Source: Eremomyces bilateralis CBS 781.70 (Eukaryota). Taken from it: DNA of 64,000 bases. Each line of letters begins with the position of its first letter. The stretch's first letter is position 1. The DNA lies in assembly GCA_010015585.1 (NCBI GenBank), contig ML975161.1; one strand, written 5' to 3'. Both the position numbers and the translations under genes were made by a program. Below the pieces are notes generated by a model, which had not been told where the DNA came from, ran no database searches, and saw only the letters and a list, made by a program, of their open reading frames with translations. This document shows positions 25,208-38,828 of this stretch, piece after piece.

Positions 25208-25912
25208 CTAACGCATCAAGGACGCCACAACCAGTAGAGCGAAACTAAGGACAGGCATTGTCATGTTAAGGAAGCGTACCCAAAATGGGCGTTCTACCAG
25301 GTTCAGTTCGAGTACATGGGTCACCGCGATGTCAAATTGCCGGTCCGTCTCCTTCAGCCATTCCAGCGCCTCTTCGGATGAGCGATGCTCCTCAAACACC
25401 ATCTTGTAATGCTCGCGCTCCAGTATCTTGCCCATATCGTTCACGGCCCTCAAAAACCTCTCCGTCTTCGCAACCCCGTTGGCCAGGCCTTTTTAGAGCT
25501 CCTTCAGTAGCAATCGCTGTCGATGGTTATGAGGTGCCCATCCTAAGGCTTGAGCCTTATTTACAGTGATCCGCTTGGTCATGACGGTTTGTTCCCATAA
25601 TCCAAGCCCCCCATCCTGCTGTTCCAGGCCATGAAACAACTTTTCGGCTACCTCCTTCAGGAAGCGGTGCTCACTGTCCGGCTCCTCCGCATATGCCTTG
25701 GTGGCACAGTAAAGTGTTTCTTCAGCGTGGAACGTCCTATCAAGCTCATCACCGCCGGATATGTGAATCATGTGGCATACGGTAAGCTGTATAGACGTCA
25801 GATCGTGGTGTTGGATGAGATTGCAGGAGAGTTCGCGGGCCTCGCGATCTTCGCCAGTGATCCATTTTTGTACGGCGATGTCAAAGATGACATCTGCGGG
25901 TAATTGGAGGTC
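25208..25912 (-). pseudogene. Orphan helical protein with C-terminal hydrophobic anchor; one in-frame TAA
   Basis: A single frame runs from a CAG acceptor (~25913) DLQLPADVIFDIAVQKW... through KEL*KGLANG (TAA at 25493-25495) to ...VLSFALLVVASLMR. First exon not identified. Confidence 0.4.
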
Positions 25913-26422
25913 CTGCCGAGCAAACCAGAAATAGTTTTAAGACAGCTAAAATGATGTATTAAAGGCTTTGTTCATAAAATCTTAATGATGAAGGAAACTT
26001 ACACACCTTAACGATTGATTGGCATCCCCGGCTTGATGAGTTAAGAAATCGAATCGAGACAGTGAGAGCCCGGTTACGGTTGGAGCAATGCCGTGATATT
26101 TCTGGGAGAGGGCCAGGGAGTAACGTCAACGATGGAAAACTAGTGGGAATTTGGAGTGAATTGAAAGCTCGAGGCCATGCGAACTCCACAAGCAAGTGCT
26201 ATCACATCGGACGATGATAAGTTCGTGCTCCAGGGGCTGAGTCATGACTTCATGTAGACTCTCTACAACACGCGGTAGTCTAGTACAACACGGAATTATG
26301 ATTCGAAGTGCTGTGTTAAGGGAATGCAATGCTCCCATCCCTTAGTATGTGCTATGCTCCGACCTTTCTCCGTTCCAGCTCCATCCCGTCTTCTTCCACC
26401 AACCTTTTCTGGTATCCAACCC

Positions 26423-27154
26423 TTAAACCTTCATCTCAGTGAGCCCATGCTTCCAAACGGTAATGAATGGGGTGACGCCGTCCTCGCGGTAGTTGAGCAG
26501 AATAACCCTTGAAGATGTCAGCGCGCTTGATATGGCATGATGAGGGAAGACAAGACTCACATTCCATCGGGGTCCATGGATTCGCCGATTAAGAATTCGT
26601 AATCCTTGAAGTTGGACACGATCTTCTTTGCGAAGCCAGAGGCTTTGGTCTCGAAGTCTTTGACTTCCTCATCACTGGCATCCTTCTCCTTCAAAGCCTC
26701 CTTGACCTTCTTCATATAGCCTGTTCGACGCATCCTGTCAGTCTTCCTGTTCCAAATGAACAGGCCGAAGTTGCTTACCCTTGAGGTGTGAGAGGTATGA
26801 CTTCTTGTCGAATTGCGTCTCGTTCAGACGGAAAGAGTGGACGACATCGATGACCGTTTGGGCGGCGTCCTCGGTGCCCTCATCAGCCTCCTCAGCCGAC
26901 GGGTTGGCGCCAATGTCGACGTTGTCGTTGCCGACCGAGATCCTCGTGCAGTCGGCCTCATACGCGACACCGTCGATCTCCTTCAGGTTATATGAGTCGG
27001 AGATGATCTCGTCACCGGTGATGAGGTCCTGAACAGAGTGTGTCAGCTATACAGCGCATTGGAGTGAGGGAAGACGCAAGATTGGGATTGAGGCTCGAGG
27101 ACCACAGTGCGTCGGTTGCGGGCAATTTCAAGGACGTACCTTGTAGATGATCAT
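26423..27154 (-). CDS. TMA19: Translationally controlled tumour protein (TCTP); 4 exons 27154-27140, 27028-26779, 26720-26561, 26507-26423
   Basis: Spliced translation [18 protein letters not shown]...[14 protein letters not shown]...[18 protein letters not shown]...[41 protein letters not shown]. Missed by the ORF track. Confidence 0.97.
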
Positions 27155-29484
27155 GTTGACGGATTGACTTGCGGCGGTTTGAGTGCTTAGGTATAAACAC
27201 GACAGTCAAAGATCGGTGGAGGGGTTGAAGGGCGGAAGGAGAGAAGTGATAAACAGGAAATCGTCGGAACCTACAAAAGTCGGAGTGGGATGTAAAATTG
27301 GAGTGTCTGTCTCCAGTTGCGGGGCGAGGCAGGAATTTGATCGCCAAGCAATGGTGGCGGAAGGCCGCAAGGCACCAAGGCATATTTTGCACTCCAGAAA
27401 TTGAACCGAATTGAAATCTGACCCTTGGGCAGGGGTGGAAAAACGAAAGACCATGTCAGGTACTATATCAGGGGCTATCAGGGGTTCAAGAAATCCATAT
27501 CCTGTATGATTGACGACTGACGTCCTTCAGGGTTCAGCCTATGGAAAATGAGTCCCTATAACTATTTTCTAGAAATTCAATATGAGGGGAAAGCAGGCAA
27601 CGATCGAGAGCTTTCGATGCTCTAGGGCTACCTCTCTAGCCTCCAGGTCATATGGCAAGATTTCTCCTTTCCGATGATCATATCGACCTGACGAGTTTTA
27701 AATTGATTCGACCCTGTTCCTATAGGGATCGGCAATGATGACCAGTATTGACACTCTTTTGGCTGAATCAAAATCTGTCATCCGCAGGATTAACCACTTT
27801 GCTTCGTAGAGGTTAAGAAACACATCCTCCGACTAGTGTGCGAAATCCTCATTCAACCCATTTTCGATGATCGTCTTTCAGAGCTCGGTTGAGAGCAAAC
27901 TAGTTTGCTTGCAGTCAACATGCTTCGCGAGGGTATATCTGGTAAGGAGCCGAAGGCAGTGAGGAATTTGAACAAAACCACCGGCTCAGGCTCAGGCTCG
28001 AGCTTCTCATACTACACGTGGAAATATTGCATTTCCGTGATAACATAGAGGCACTGGAATGGACGAATCAGCAGGTATGTGCCAGCTAAATTGAATCTAG
28101 GACTCACTATGGGTGCAAAAGAGAATATTTGGAAGGTTTACCTACGCCCCTAAGTTGTCCTTTCGGAGTACGTCACAATGGCATTCCCGATCCTGTGATT
28201 TAGGAACCTTTCACCATTTAATTTCAAGGCGTAGTCCATATTGCCCAAGACCACTTTTTTCAGATGAAATTCATCCTTTAAGTCCACGTGCCAGTTGACG
28301 AAGACATTGTTAGGCTTCAGGTCTGGAGAAGAATAGGTTCAACAAGTATCCAAGTAGAGCAAACGCGAAAGTATCTTCCCCAGCTGTATCCAATTCTTCG
28401 TATGAATTTCGTTCAATGCTAGCCTAACCTCATTTAGGATTGTCTTCTCTGCTGTAATCGGAAGAACTAGATAGTTCTCTACCAATGAAAGCAAATCAGA
28501 CTTGAAATATTCATAAACGATTTATAACGACGAGGTTTCCTTTTTCAATTTTGTCTGTGTGGATGCGCAGAGAAGAACTATTTTCTAACTCATCCTTGAC
28601 CTAATACAAATGCTCGAAGATTGGCGGAGAGACAGGCTTTAAAACGAAGGGTTTATTTCACAGCTAGAGTAATATTAAACTCAAGCAGCTACAATTTTTA
28701 TGCCAAGTTATCAGATCGGAATCGCTTTTAAGACTCACGCAGCAAGGCGGACAGTAAATTCAGGCTTGGGTGTCGCTTTAGTACCGATATAGGCTTGTAC
28801 TCGCGCCCTGACAATCCACTCGCACTCCTGTGAATCAATCTTACACAAATCCGGAGGAATGGAGTTTGGGCAGTATGGCCGAGATCATGATGGTCCTAGT
28901 ATGATGCCAGGAATTGAGGGAACAATGCTTGAATACCGGAACTAATGCGATATGGTCTTATTACTGCCGGTTATCCAAGACATCGGATCTCACAATCCCA
29001 GATTGTTGGTCAGATTGTTTGTCAGGCTGGCTGGGATAAGATTGAACTGAGGTTGATGGTCACCTGACATCCACCTGTGGGTCTCCCTAGCGTCAGCACA
29101 CATGTAGGAACTGGCCTGGATCACGTGCAACCAATCAAACCGAATGAAACGACCAGGGGGTTTTCAACTCGAAGACGTCGTTTTGCCTCCCATACGGTAA
29201 TTATTCATCCATCCGATTGTCCAATCTCTCAACTACTTCTTCTTCCGGTCTCCCTTGCGAATTCATTCCCGCTTGTGTCGTAGTATAGCGCTGGTACTGC
29301 CAGCCTCGATTTTCCAATCTTCCACCTCAGTCGCTCCTTCAGAAATCAATTGCTTGTCGTTCCAGCCTGGTCCCATCTCTGTATCGAGTCCATCGGAGTG
29401 GAAGAGACCGACTCGACCAAACTTCGTCCGAACATTGCTGCTTCTTATAGATTGGAGGTCTCAGGACCGGCTCATCCGATAATC

Positions 29485-30899
29485 ATGGCTACGGCCAACA
29501 TCTCGTCGAATCCCCTCGCTTCCGAGCTCCCGCCGCTTCCATCATATACCATAAACCCGCTTCCACCTCTAATTCCTGGAGTTCCCGACGCATACATAGC
29601 GCTCGCCTTACCCGTGATCGGCTACTGGGTCGTCTCGGGAATCTTCCATTTCATCGACATCTACGACCTCTTTCCCCAATACCGACTCCATACCCCCGCC
29701 GAAATCACCTCCCGAAACAAAGTTGGACGATGGGAGGTTTTCCGCGCCGTCATTATTCAGCAGGTCATCCAGACCGTTGTGGGGCTTATGTTTTCCTGGA
29801 CCGACCCCCCGGCTATGTACGGCAAGGAAGATTACGATGTCGCGGTGTGGGCGCAACGCATCCGACTCGCCCAACGAGCCGTGCCGGCAGTGCTCGGAAT
29901 CGTTGGGTTGAACGCGAACGGTCTCGCGAGCAAGTACCTGAAGACGCAGCCCATGCTCTCGGGGGTTCTTGCGGGTGGAAAATATCCCTGGGTCACGCAA
30001 TTGATCGAGAGCGACGGCATTTCTCAGATTGTGCCGGCTTTCACGGGCTGGGAGATGGGCCTAGCCAAGGCGATTTATTGGGCCATCATTCCTTCTATTC
30101 AGTTCGTTGCTGCGCTCCTCATCATGGATGCGTGGGAGTACTTCTGGCATCGTGCCATGCATCTGAACAAATGGCTGTATGGTAAGTATTTCGGGCACGT
30201 AGCGCATCGACAATTCTGACGACCTTTCCAGCAACCTTCCATTCCCACCACCATCGTCTATACGTCCCCTATGCATACGGTGCGCTCTACAACCACTGGT
30301 TTGAAGGCTTTCTGCTGGATACCTGTGGCGCCGGTGTCGGGTATCTCCTCACCGGGATGACGACCCGACAGACTTTCTGGTTCTTCACCTTCAGCACGAT
30401 CAAGACGGTCGACGACCACTGCGGCTACGCACTGCCGTGGGATCCTCTCCAGCACATCACCTCGAACAACGCCGCCTACCACGACATCCATCACCAGAGC
30501 TGGGGCATCAAAACCAACTTCAGCCAACCATTCTTCATCTTCTGGGACCGGTGGATGGGAACCCGGTGGAACGGAGACGTGAAGCTGCGATATGAGCGAG
30601 ACCGTGCGGTAGCGGAGAAGAAGATCGCGGAGTGGAAACGGAAGGCAGAATCTGGGGAATCTTCCGACAGTAGCATTCCGATCGTGCTTGTCGAGCAGGA
30701 TTCTGATTTCAATGCTTCCGAAGAGGTTACGGACGATTCTAGGGCCCTATCGGAAGGGAAAGAAAATCAACCGGTCGGTCGACGAAGTCCTCGGAAACGC
30801 CAGACGGCCGATGCGGGGCTTAAAGGGCTTCGGGAGCGGGTCGGAGGCGGAATACACGGGAGGGGTAGTGGTTTGCTGGATATGGAGGGGTCGAGATAA
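29485..30899 (+). CDS. SUR2: Sphinganine C4-hydroxylase (fatty acid hydroxylase family); intron 30182-30231
   Basis: PPLPSYTINPLPPLIP N-terminus, YRLHTPAEI, His boxes WHRAMH, FHSHHHRLYVPYAYGALYNH, VDDHCGYALPWDP and YHDIHHQSWGIKTNFSQPFF. Confidence 0.95.
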
Positions 30900-33648
30900 G
30901 GTTGGCTTATTGGCTCTCCTGCAGACGGATCCATGATGGTGGCTTATTTGCTATCCACTATTCCACTATGAATGATGAGCGAAACATTTGGATGCTCTCA
31001 TTCCCTCCGCCTTCCTTTCTTATCATGTCTGCTATATTTACAGAGCGAGGGACAGCGTCATCTCCCTGTCCCACTCCCCAGCAGAAGTACCAGTTCTTCC
31101 ATTCTCATCGGCTATACCGGCCGACTTTTTGGGGGCACCCTTGCAGCATCGGCATATCATTTGTTTGTTTAATTTTATTTTGCATTCCACCAGAGTCGCG
31201 AATCGCGCTCCGACTCTTCGGTGTCTTGGAAGGTTTGAAAGAACACGGCGTCATCACAGGAAATCAGCATTGACGGAAACACGGGGAGGCGTCGGCAGGG
31301 GGCGTAATATTCTGTACAACACGGGCTTTTCCGTCTCGCCCGCTCAGCCCGTGGCATAATCGTGGAGGAAAGGACATGGCCGCATGCAGTGCCGGTCCGG
31401 AAGGAGTCGAACGGACCGAGGGATCCCGAATCGCAGTATTGATCTTGATGTTCGATGTAATGAGGATGTTTCGGGAGCAGGCTCCATAGTCCATAGTCCA
31501 TAATCTCGGGTCTACACTCAACCCATTCATTATCATTTATCATGATACGGATGTCCGGTGTGACGGCTGTGCGCTCGGGGTGTTTTTGTCCACTGGGAAT
31601 TGGAAGGGGTGTGGAATGTTGTACTTTGTGATGCGACCCCGTCATCCATTCATCTTTGCAAGGCGGATTTCTGGGAACCGTGATTCAGGATCTGAAACCT
31701 CCAAGTTCTCCTGTCGTCACGTTGTCCCGTTTGTCGGAGGTTTGTCCTCTGTTTCTAGACCAACTCGGGACCAACTCGGGAACACGTTGTGATTTGTGAC
31801 TAAATTACGAGAGGCGGCTCTTGGATGATTGGATGGCTGCATGTCGCCGATACTCCGACCTTGCGCGGATCGGCGCTAATTCGGCGCTTAAGGGGCCCTT
31901 GGATTTCACCAATATGGTCAATGTTGAGCTGAGGATCCTTTCTGCCTTTTCCTTGAGGTTTCGGTATTTCTATTAGCAATCGGTGTCTCCTGTCAACTGG
32001 AACCAACAATCAATGTCCGCCTTGCCTCCGTCACCCATGACAATCAGTATGCAGTGCAAAATCATTCAGGTCTAACAATCGTCTCTTATTGATCCAATGC
32101 TCATTGCATACGTAGTTGGTAACCCAGCAGCCTGGATTGGGAACTAGGAAATGGGGGAGGGCATTTTCCAGCCCGCAGTCACCTCGTGTCGAGTGTCGAT
32201 GTTCGTCGTGGCTCCATCCCTCCAGTTTCACCCACTTCGTCCAGCCCCGCCCTATGAATCCATCCAATATAGTGGCGTCCACTTTTCGGGCCCGCCGCAA
32301 TTTCATCGTTGAAACCATCACATTCCCAACTCCTAACTCCGGGGCCCGTCAGGCGTCAACTCACCACTGCTAGGCCGTCACCCGTCAGCCACCGAAGGTA
32401 GAAAGTCGGCGAATGGCGTCAGCCGTAGGGGGTAGCTTCGCTTGTTCCAGTGGTCGCGATGTTGGTTCGATTAGCGGCGGGATCGTCCTCGAATCATGTC
32501 ACGAAACCATCGCCTCATTTGGGGTTTACGGTTTACCTTTTCACTCTGTGACCACTGACCATGCTAGCCATAAGCCAACCAATAATCTATTCTTTCCCCA
32601 GTGTGTTTGTTTTCTCGTTCGTCGTCAGGTTCTGTGGAATACTTGGATCGCATATCGATTCTTTCATTCGCTCCTTAACCCTCACTGCCCTTCATTACCC
32701 TCCTTCATCTCCCCACTTCATGCGATCCTCTCCCGACTTCACCTTGGACTAGGTAGATTGACTCCCATCCACTGTCAGGCCTGAATTCTGCATATTCGCT
32801 CCTTCCGCCACTCGTGCACCAGCAGCCGCTCGCCTGCCGCCCCTCCTATCTTCCTCCTCTCCTTCAATCTACTCTAACCGTGCCCATCCGCCTCTCGTCT
32901 GCAGGCGTTCTTCCTTCGCCTCATCATCCGGCGCTTGCTGTGACAGCCTTCGTGACCTGCTTCCTGCTGCCATTGGCCCCCATCCTTCACGGACCGCTCA
33001 CTGTGCTGGCCCGTCACCTGCTTGAGAGCCTTACCAGCGAGTCTGGAGACGTTGTTAGACATATATCCAACGCGCACGGTGGACTCGTGGAGCGACTTTG
33101 CTACAGGTACGCCGCCGCACGGCATTGCGTGGGTCCTGAATTGCTTCAGTTGGTCTCTATCGAACCGGACGAGTTAGATTGAGGTTCCTGCTACGTTGTT
33201 CCACTGCGTTGGTAGCTTGTTATGGCCTGTTAGGGGTCTGGATCATCGTCTATGTTCGGTGGTTACGCCGCACGCTGGAGATTTTGATACACTCACTTTG
33301 TTGTTGTGGATCAGGCCGAGGGCCTCAAATATACCCCTTTGTCTGAGCGTCCTTTCATTTGATACACGTATTTATTCAGTCAAGAGGACTCGGATTCCGT
33401 GGTGCCATTGAAGGTTCTGTGGTCAATTGTCTTTCCTACTTTTCCTTCCTGTTTTTCGTTGGTTTTCTGTAAGTTGGAACAATACTACGCTATATCAACC
33501 ATTGATACTGACCTCAATCCAGGCATACTATTGTGCCCTTGACTTTATTCAAATTCAATTCAGCTGGTCCTGGAGACTTTAGACTTCAAACTTCAAACTT
33601 TCATCTGTCAGTCAGGTAATTATAATTGTCACGAAGATTACGGTCATT

Positions 33649-35800
33649 ATGGATTCTACGACTCTCTTTACTTTCCTCTTGTAAGTCAGACGCAGCCTAA
33701 GACTTGGAGCTTCGCTGATGGATACAGACATCACCCTTATGCAACTTCAGTTGAGTTGCTCGGATCCTGGGACAATTTTTCCAGATCATACCGCATGCAA
33801 AGAGACCGGCGCCGAGGTCATGGCCATTGGACCGGTTGCTGGAGTTTCGAGAACATCATTTGCGACGGAGATCTCTCACAGCCATATCAGAAGCGTAACG
33901 GTGCCTTTAAGCAGGGCGGCACGTACTGGTACTATGTAAGTCATGGTGGATTTCGCCTAGTAGACAAGTGCTGATTGAGTAGTATCGGGTGGATGGAGAC
34001 TCCGAATATTACGATCCAACCATCCCCGCTACGTCGGCTTGTCCACTTCTTCCTGGTCAACGAATGAACGTACTAGATGTGCCACATGAGCATACCCATG
34101 AGTTTCGGAAAGGGCACATGAATCCGTCGACCTCGCATACATGGAACCCTGATGACCGCTACCTGGAGCCACGACCCGCACCGAAGCCCGCTCTTCCTCA
34201 CCTCATCACCGACCCTTCCGGGCTTTCCAAGTCCAAAATCGCTCGAGGACCATCAGAGAACATCCGGTACCCGATGTCGGCAGATTCATACCTGTATCAG
34301 CAGAAATCTTCCGTCGATGGGCGGGAAGTCAAATCAGACGTGTCGCCTGCACCATCCCTGCTCAAATCGGCCCTGTCGACACTGAAGAGTCCGCCGAGTG
34401 CGATGACTCCTAGCCAAGGTGGTCGCGGGCGGAGCAGGACTTTACCTCCGAGCCATGAGCGAGCGACTCGTACTCATTCGCCAAGTCAGCGGGAGTTGAA
34501 GATAAGCTCTCCAATCCTGATCGTTGGGCCCGATCAGGAGCGACTTAAATGTCTTCCCATCGTCCAAGCGCTCAAAGACTCGACTACCTTACTCCCGGTC
34601 AAGCATAACTCGGGGTCCCCTCCCCTGTCGCCTCTCGGCTCACATCCAGTCATGGCTGAGGAGCTATCTCAGTTCCGTGTTCCCAAGCAACGGAGGGTGC
34701 AGTTGGCTAGCCACTCGAGGCAGAACTCGGAGGGACAAGATAGTGAGGGGCGCTCGTCGTGTTCTTCGCGAGATGGATCTGGGTCATGCGCCAAGACATG
34801 TCCGATCTGCAGGAGTGCCGAAAGTATCGCTCGTAGACGGTCGATATCGACGGGGCGGATGAGAGAGCCCTCTCCGCTACGCAAATCGATGTCGATTGAC
34901 GTGAACAGCGATGCAAGCGTGGTCCATGTTCCCGAGGACATTCAGGAGGTGGATGATGAGAGTCTCCGAACTCCAATGGTTCTACCACCGGACACAATGG
35001 CGAGCAGTTTGCAGGTTCCGATCCCTGAAGACCCTCTTCTGCGTCCACATACTTCCGACTGCATCCCTACTCAATTCCCATCCTCCCCTCTCGACAAAGA
35101 CCTCCCCGCCCTTCCGTCCTACCTCTACCCCTCCCCCCTTCGCATCAACCAATCTTTCAGCTCCCTCCCTACCGATCTCGCAGACCTCCCCCTCGATTCT
35201 CTCGGCCCTACCAGTCGCTTCTCCGCCTGGACCGTCTCCACCTCCTCCTTCCCCCCATCCCCTTCCTCCCCCCTTCCGTCTCTCCCCTCCTCCCCCACCT
35301 CCTCCCACGCCTACCACGAATCCCCCTCCTCCGCCCCTCACACCCCCCAGAGCCTCTCCTCCCCCACCTTCAGCTCCATACACGGCTTCTCCACCGACGG
35401 CCGCAACACCCCCCGCCGCCTCTCCGACGCCGTCTCGCTCGAGGAATTCAACGCCAGCGACAATCGCTTCCCCTCGCCACTTTCCGAGGATACCCAACGC
35501 AGCGCTGAAGATCAAGCGCACCGCGAAATGGCATACCGGCAGCTCACCGACTACCCGCACCCCACGGCGAATAGCTCGCTCGTGGACCTGCTCCGCGCGT
35601 ATGACGAACGGGCCGTGGAAGCGCGGTCGGGGACACCCACGACAGTTGGGGGGTTGGGGCCGCCGCAGCCGTTTGTGGGTGTGGGGAAGGAGGGAGGTTT
35701 GAAGGGGGAAAATGGATTGGGGGGGATGGAGAGGCGCGCGATGACGGCGATGGAGGAGCTGATGAGCGAGTTTGAGTATTTGGGAGGGGCGCTGCTGTAG
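33649..35800 (+). CDS. Conserved fungal protein with N-terminal AMPK-beta/CBM48-like domain and long Ser/Pro-rich tail; introns 33681-33727 and 33936-33982
   Basis: Spliced N-terminus MDSTTLFTFLL..SVELLGSWDNFSRSYRMQRD..GGTYWYYYRVDGDSEYYDP..PGQRMNVLDVP joins the 603-aa ORF, ending MEELMSEFEYLGGALL. Confidence 0.8.
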
Positions 35801-36926
35801 GGTTGGTATGTTTAGGCCGAGTGGATGATGCTGTATTTTGTGTAAATATACGGAGTTACTGGTTGATGGTAATATGGGGGATTCTGGGATGGAGGCTGGG
35901 GATCGATATCCATTGGAAAAATGAGCTGGTCTATGATGAAACCCGACGAGTCAAGAGGTAGGATAGGGGATCAGACACCAGATTTCTACCCATGCTAGGT
36001 TATGGAATGCGACCATCTGGGATAGAAGAAATTGAGGGTTCTTCATCATTGACGTGCTCCCTCGGTCTACGTACGGTGCGAGTGACCATGGTATTTAGCG
36101 AAACCTTTTGACGCGCCTCGTGAGATTTTCGGAAACCGTGGAGTACGTCAGTGGTAGGCTATTGAGGTATCCGCTTCATGTTTTTCTGAACTCTCCGCTC
36201 CTCACGAGTTCATGTTAAAGTGTAGGGTGGATCTGCCGGAAAGGGTACGCAAGACCTAGGTAGTTAGGTATGTCCGTTGTCTGGAAACAAAGCAGCCGAG
36301 ATAATACATGTCAGATAATGTATAACTACGGAGTAATCTGTGTGCAACCAAAGTTGCCTCCCAAAATGGCGGTTTCTGACGCCGTTTTTGGCGGGTTTTC
36401 CGCTTAGTCGAATAGCTCTCATTTCGTTACCGGCGGTGCCCCAAACTCCCTGCCGTAGTGCCAAGGCCTCGCACCCACTTACAGCGCGGGATCCTTGCTC
36501 CATACAGTCCTCCTCAAACACTTAGGGGGTGAACGATTTTGGACTTCCAACTCTCGGTTTTTTCGACCTTCACAACTTCCATGCCTCCACGCTAATTTTG
36601 GATACATGATGGTGTCAAACACTATGGCTCCGCTGCGAAGTCTCCCTCTGTTTTCTCACATATATAAACAATGTCGAGGCCCGTCGCTCGATGGATCGCT
36701 CCGTCATTCCCGTTTCTCTATTCTCCTCTCGAACGCTCGCAGTATTTCGTACGTCGAGATCGCTCTCTATTATCCGGCAGCATTTGGTAAATTCCCCTTT
36801 ACTCTCCTACGGGGCCGCTCCCTACATCGATCGCCGAGACCATCGTAATGGGAAGGGGGAACAAGTCGCGCCGGGTGTTATGGTTCCAGGCCCCTGAAGT
36901 AGTAGTCACGTGACTGTGTTGACTGT

Positions 36927-37403
36927 AAGAACCATCAAAATAACTTGCCTACGCCAATCAATGAGGCTCTTGATCAATTCGTTAAGGGCGCCCAGGCGAT
37001 GATCCATTCCCTAACGATTCTAAAGGGTGAAAATGAGAGCCTTCGAAAGGCAAACAAGCTCGCAATACAACGAAGATAACGTAAAAAAAAGCGAATTTAG
37101 GAGTGAGCGTCTTGAACTATTGAGGAGGGGCAGGATTTAATTAATCATTCTGCCGTTAAATCCCAAATTTCTCAAGAAATACGTCAAAGTCGTACCTTGC
37201 AGGATGGGGCTGCGCTGCGTCGAAGGCGATATGGACGCTGCCGTGAGGTAGGACATCGCATTGAAACATGTCCTCTAGATCGGCAAGATACTGTAGAATA
37301 GACTGGATATTAGAAATAATTGATTTTATTTGGCGTTGTAGAGATATCTGCTTGTGAAGTGGTTTGCTTTGGTTGCGGTGCGCCGCTCGCTTGTGGAATA
37401 CGT
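36927..37403 (+). mobile_element. 3' fragment of a pogo/Fot1-type DNA transposon with its right TIR
   Basis: Frame HQNNLPTPINEALDQFVKGAQAMIHSLTILKGENESLRKAN...RR*RKKKRI*...EEGQDLI...RRYGRCREVGHRIETCP (degenerate CCHC knuckle), stop at 37301. TIR-like end GGTGCGCCGCTCGCTTGTGGAATACGT at 37403. Confidence 0.8.
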
Positions 37404-37496
37404 TGGCGATAATTTCAGCTTTAACTTTCTAAAAGCTTCCTGATTGCGGTTTGTGAGACACCGCTCTTGTTGCAAAATAGTTTCCTTTATGAAGAC

Positions 37497-38828
37497 TCAG
37501 TTCCATTCTTCGGCGCTGGTTCCATCATCGCTGTCACTACTGAATTCGAAATTTGCAACCCATCCCATCATATCTGCAGATACTTCCGCATGAATATCCC
37601 AAGTTTGATGACTGAGCGTGTGAATTATGTCTTTTGCCACAAACACGACCGCAGGGTCCGCAATAAAGTTGACAAGATCCCAGAACACTGCAGTGCTCAT
37701 ACTCTGGTCATCAGTTAACTGAACGCCGGTTACAGCAAGCGAACTGAGCCTGAACGCCCAGTCTTCTGTTTCGTGTATGCTTCTCGTGATGAGCGTTAGG
37801 AGGATGTGCAAGTAGAGGAAACGTCTCGCAGGACGATTGTCGTTCTGGAATTTAAGTTCCTTTCCGTCAATATCAGCCCACCGGTATGTGCCAGAGCCAT
37901 ATGTACGCTCGTCGTTAGTGCCCTCCAGCTTTTTGGGGTCCAGAACGCAAGCTCTGAAGATTGTTGGCTGGCAACCCTGATACAGCGGTACGATTACCAA
38001 CTCTTTCCGATCAAATGCCTGTTCAACGTCCCTGTGTAGGAACAGCCCATTGGTGACGTCCATGAGACTCATTTTTGTGGCCTTGCCAAAGACCGCTTTG
38101 AAATTTTTTTCTCCAAACGAATAAGGAACAATATGTGCTGCCGTCACGCTCTTGCGTGGTAGCCAGTGCTGAGTTACTGGGCACCAATATTTATCTTCAT
38201 TGCGGCAAGCATAGAATTGTGAAACGTCTATGCTGAATGTTGCTTGTCCTGGTCTGGTTTTCCGTCCTGACTTCTTAGTCACCCCGTGATCCAGTGTGTT
38301 GCTCGCAGTCGGATATGAGTATGCTGTTAGGAGAGCATTACCCATTCGTCCTTCGGTCCTATTCTTATTCGCTAAGGCCCTTCGATGACAATGTAAACGC
38401 CACAAATTCCGGAGAATGCGATTCCGGCACTTAATAAATGTATGTCTGTCGAGAAGGCTGCGGCTATGTTGATCACGAAGCACACTTTGCGCAAGCAACC
38501 ATAGTTTTTGTTGGACTCTTATCCGTTCATCTTTCCAATCTTGGATTTCTTGTGGAGATCCGCTTGCGAACTTGTGGTCTTCTACCAGCGCATTCATCAG
38601 ATTCGCCCGAGACGGTCCGATACTATTGATGTCGTCACATAGAAATTTGCAAATTTTGAGCTCATCCTTCCAGGCAGCTGAATCAAATTGAATGAGTTCT
38701 AAAACGCCTACTGGGTCTTGGGGAAGAGCATTAAGGACGCCTTCGAGTATATCCGGTAATGTCGATTGGACCTAGCTTCGTCAGCTGTCTCAATTATTTA
38801 GCGGATATAGATGACTGATTCGTACCAT
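37497..38828 (-). CDS. HNH endonuclease (HNH_2-like), ~425 aa; probable ATG-only first exon, intron 38825-38772
   Basis: WCPVT..VTAAHIVPYS..NGLFLHRDVEQAFDR..VIVP..DIDGKELKFQNDNRPARRFLYLH. The frame is open 58 codons upstream of the listed ATG, up to a CTGAC..TAG acceptor. Confidence 0.85.

Noticed and set aside
27029..27139. Intronic snoRNA in the longer first TCTP intron
   Set aside because: No C box (RTGATGA) with terminal stem, and no clear H/ACA architecture.
34911..35702. Long overlapping Pro-rich and Gly-rich ORFs (also at 53.7-54.9 kb and 58.8-59.4 kb)
   Set aside because: Alternative-frame or antisense shadows of GC-biased real genes.
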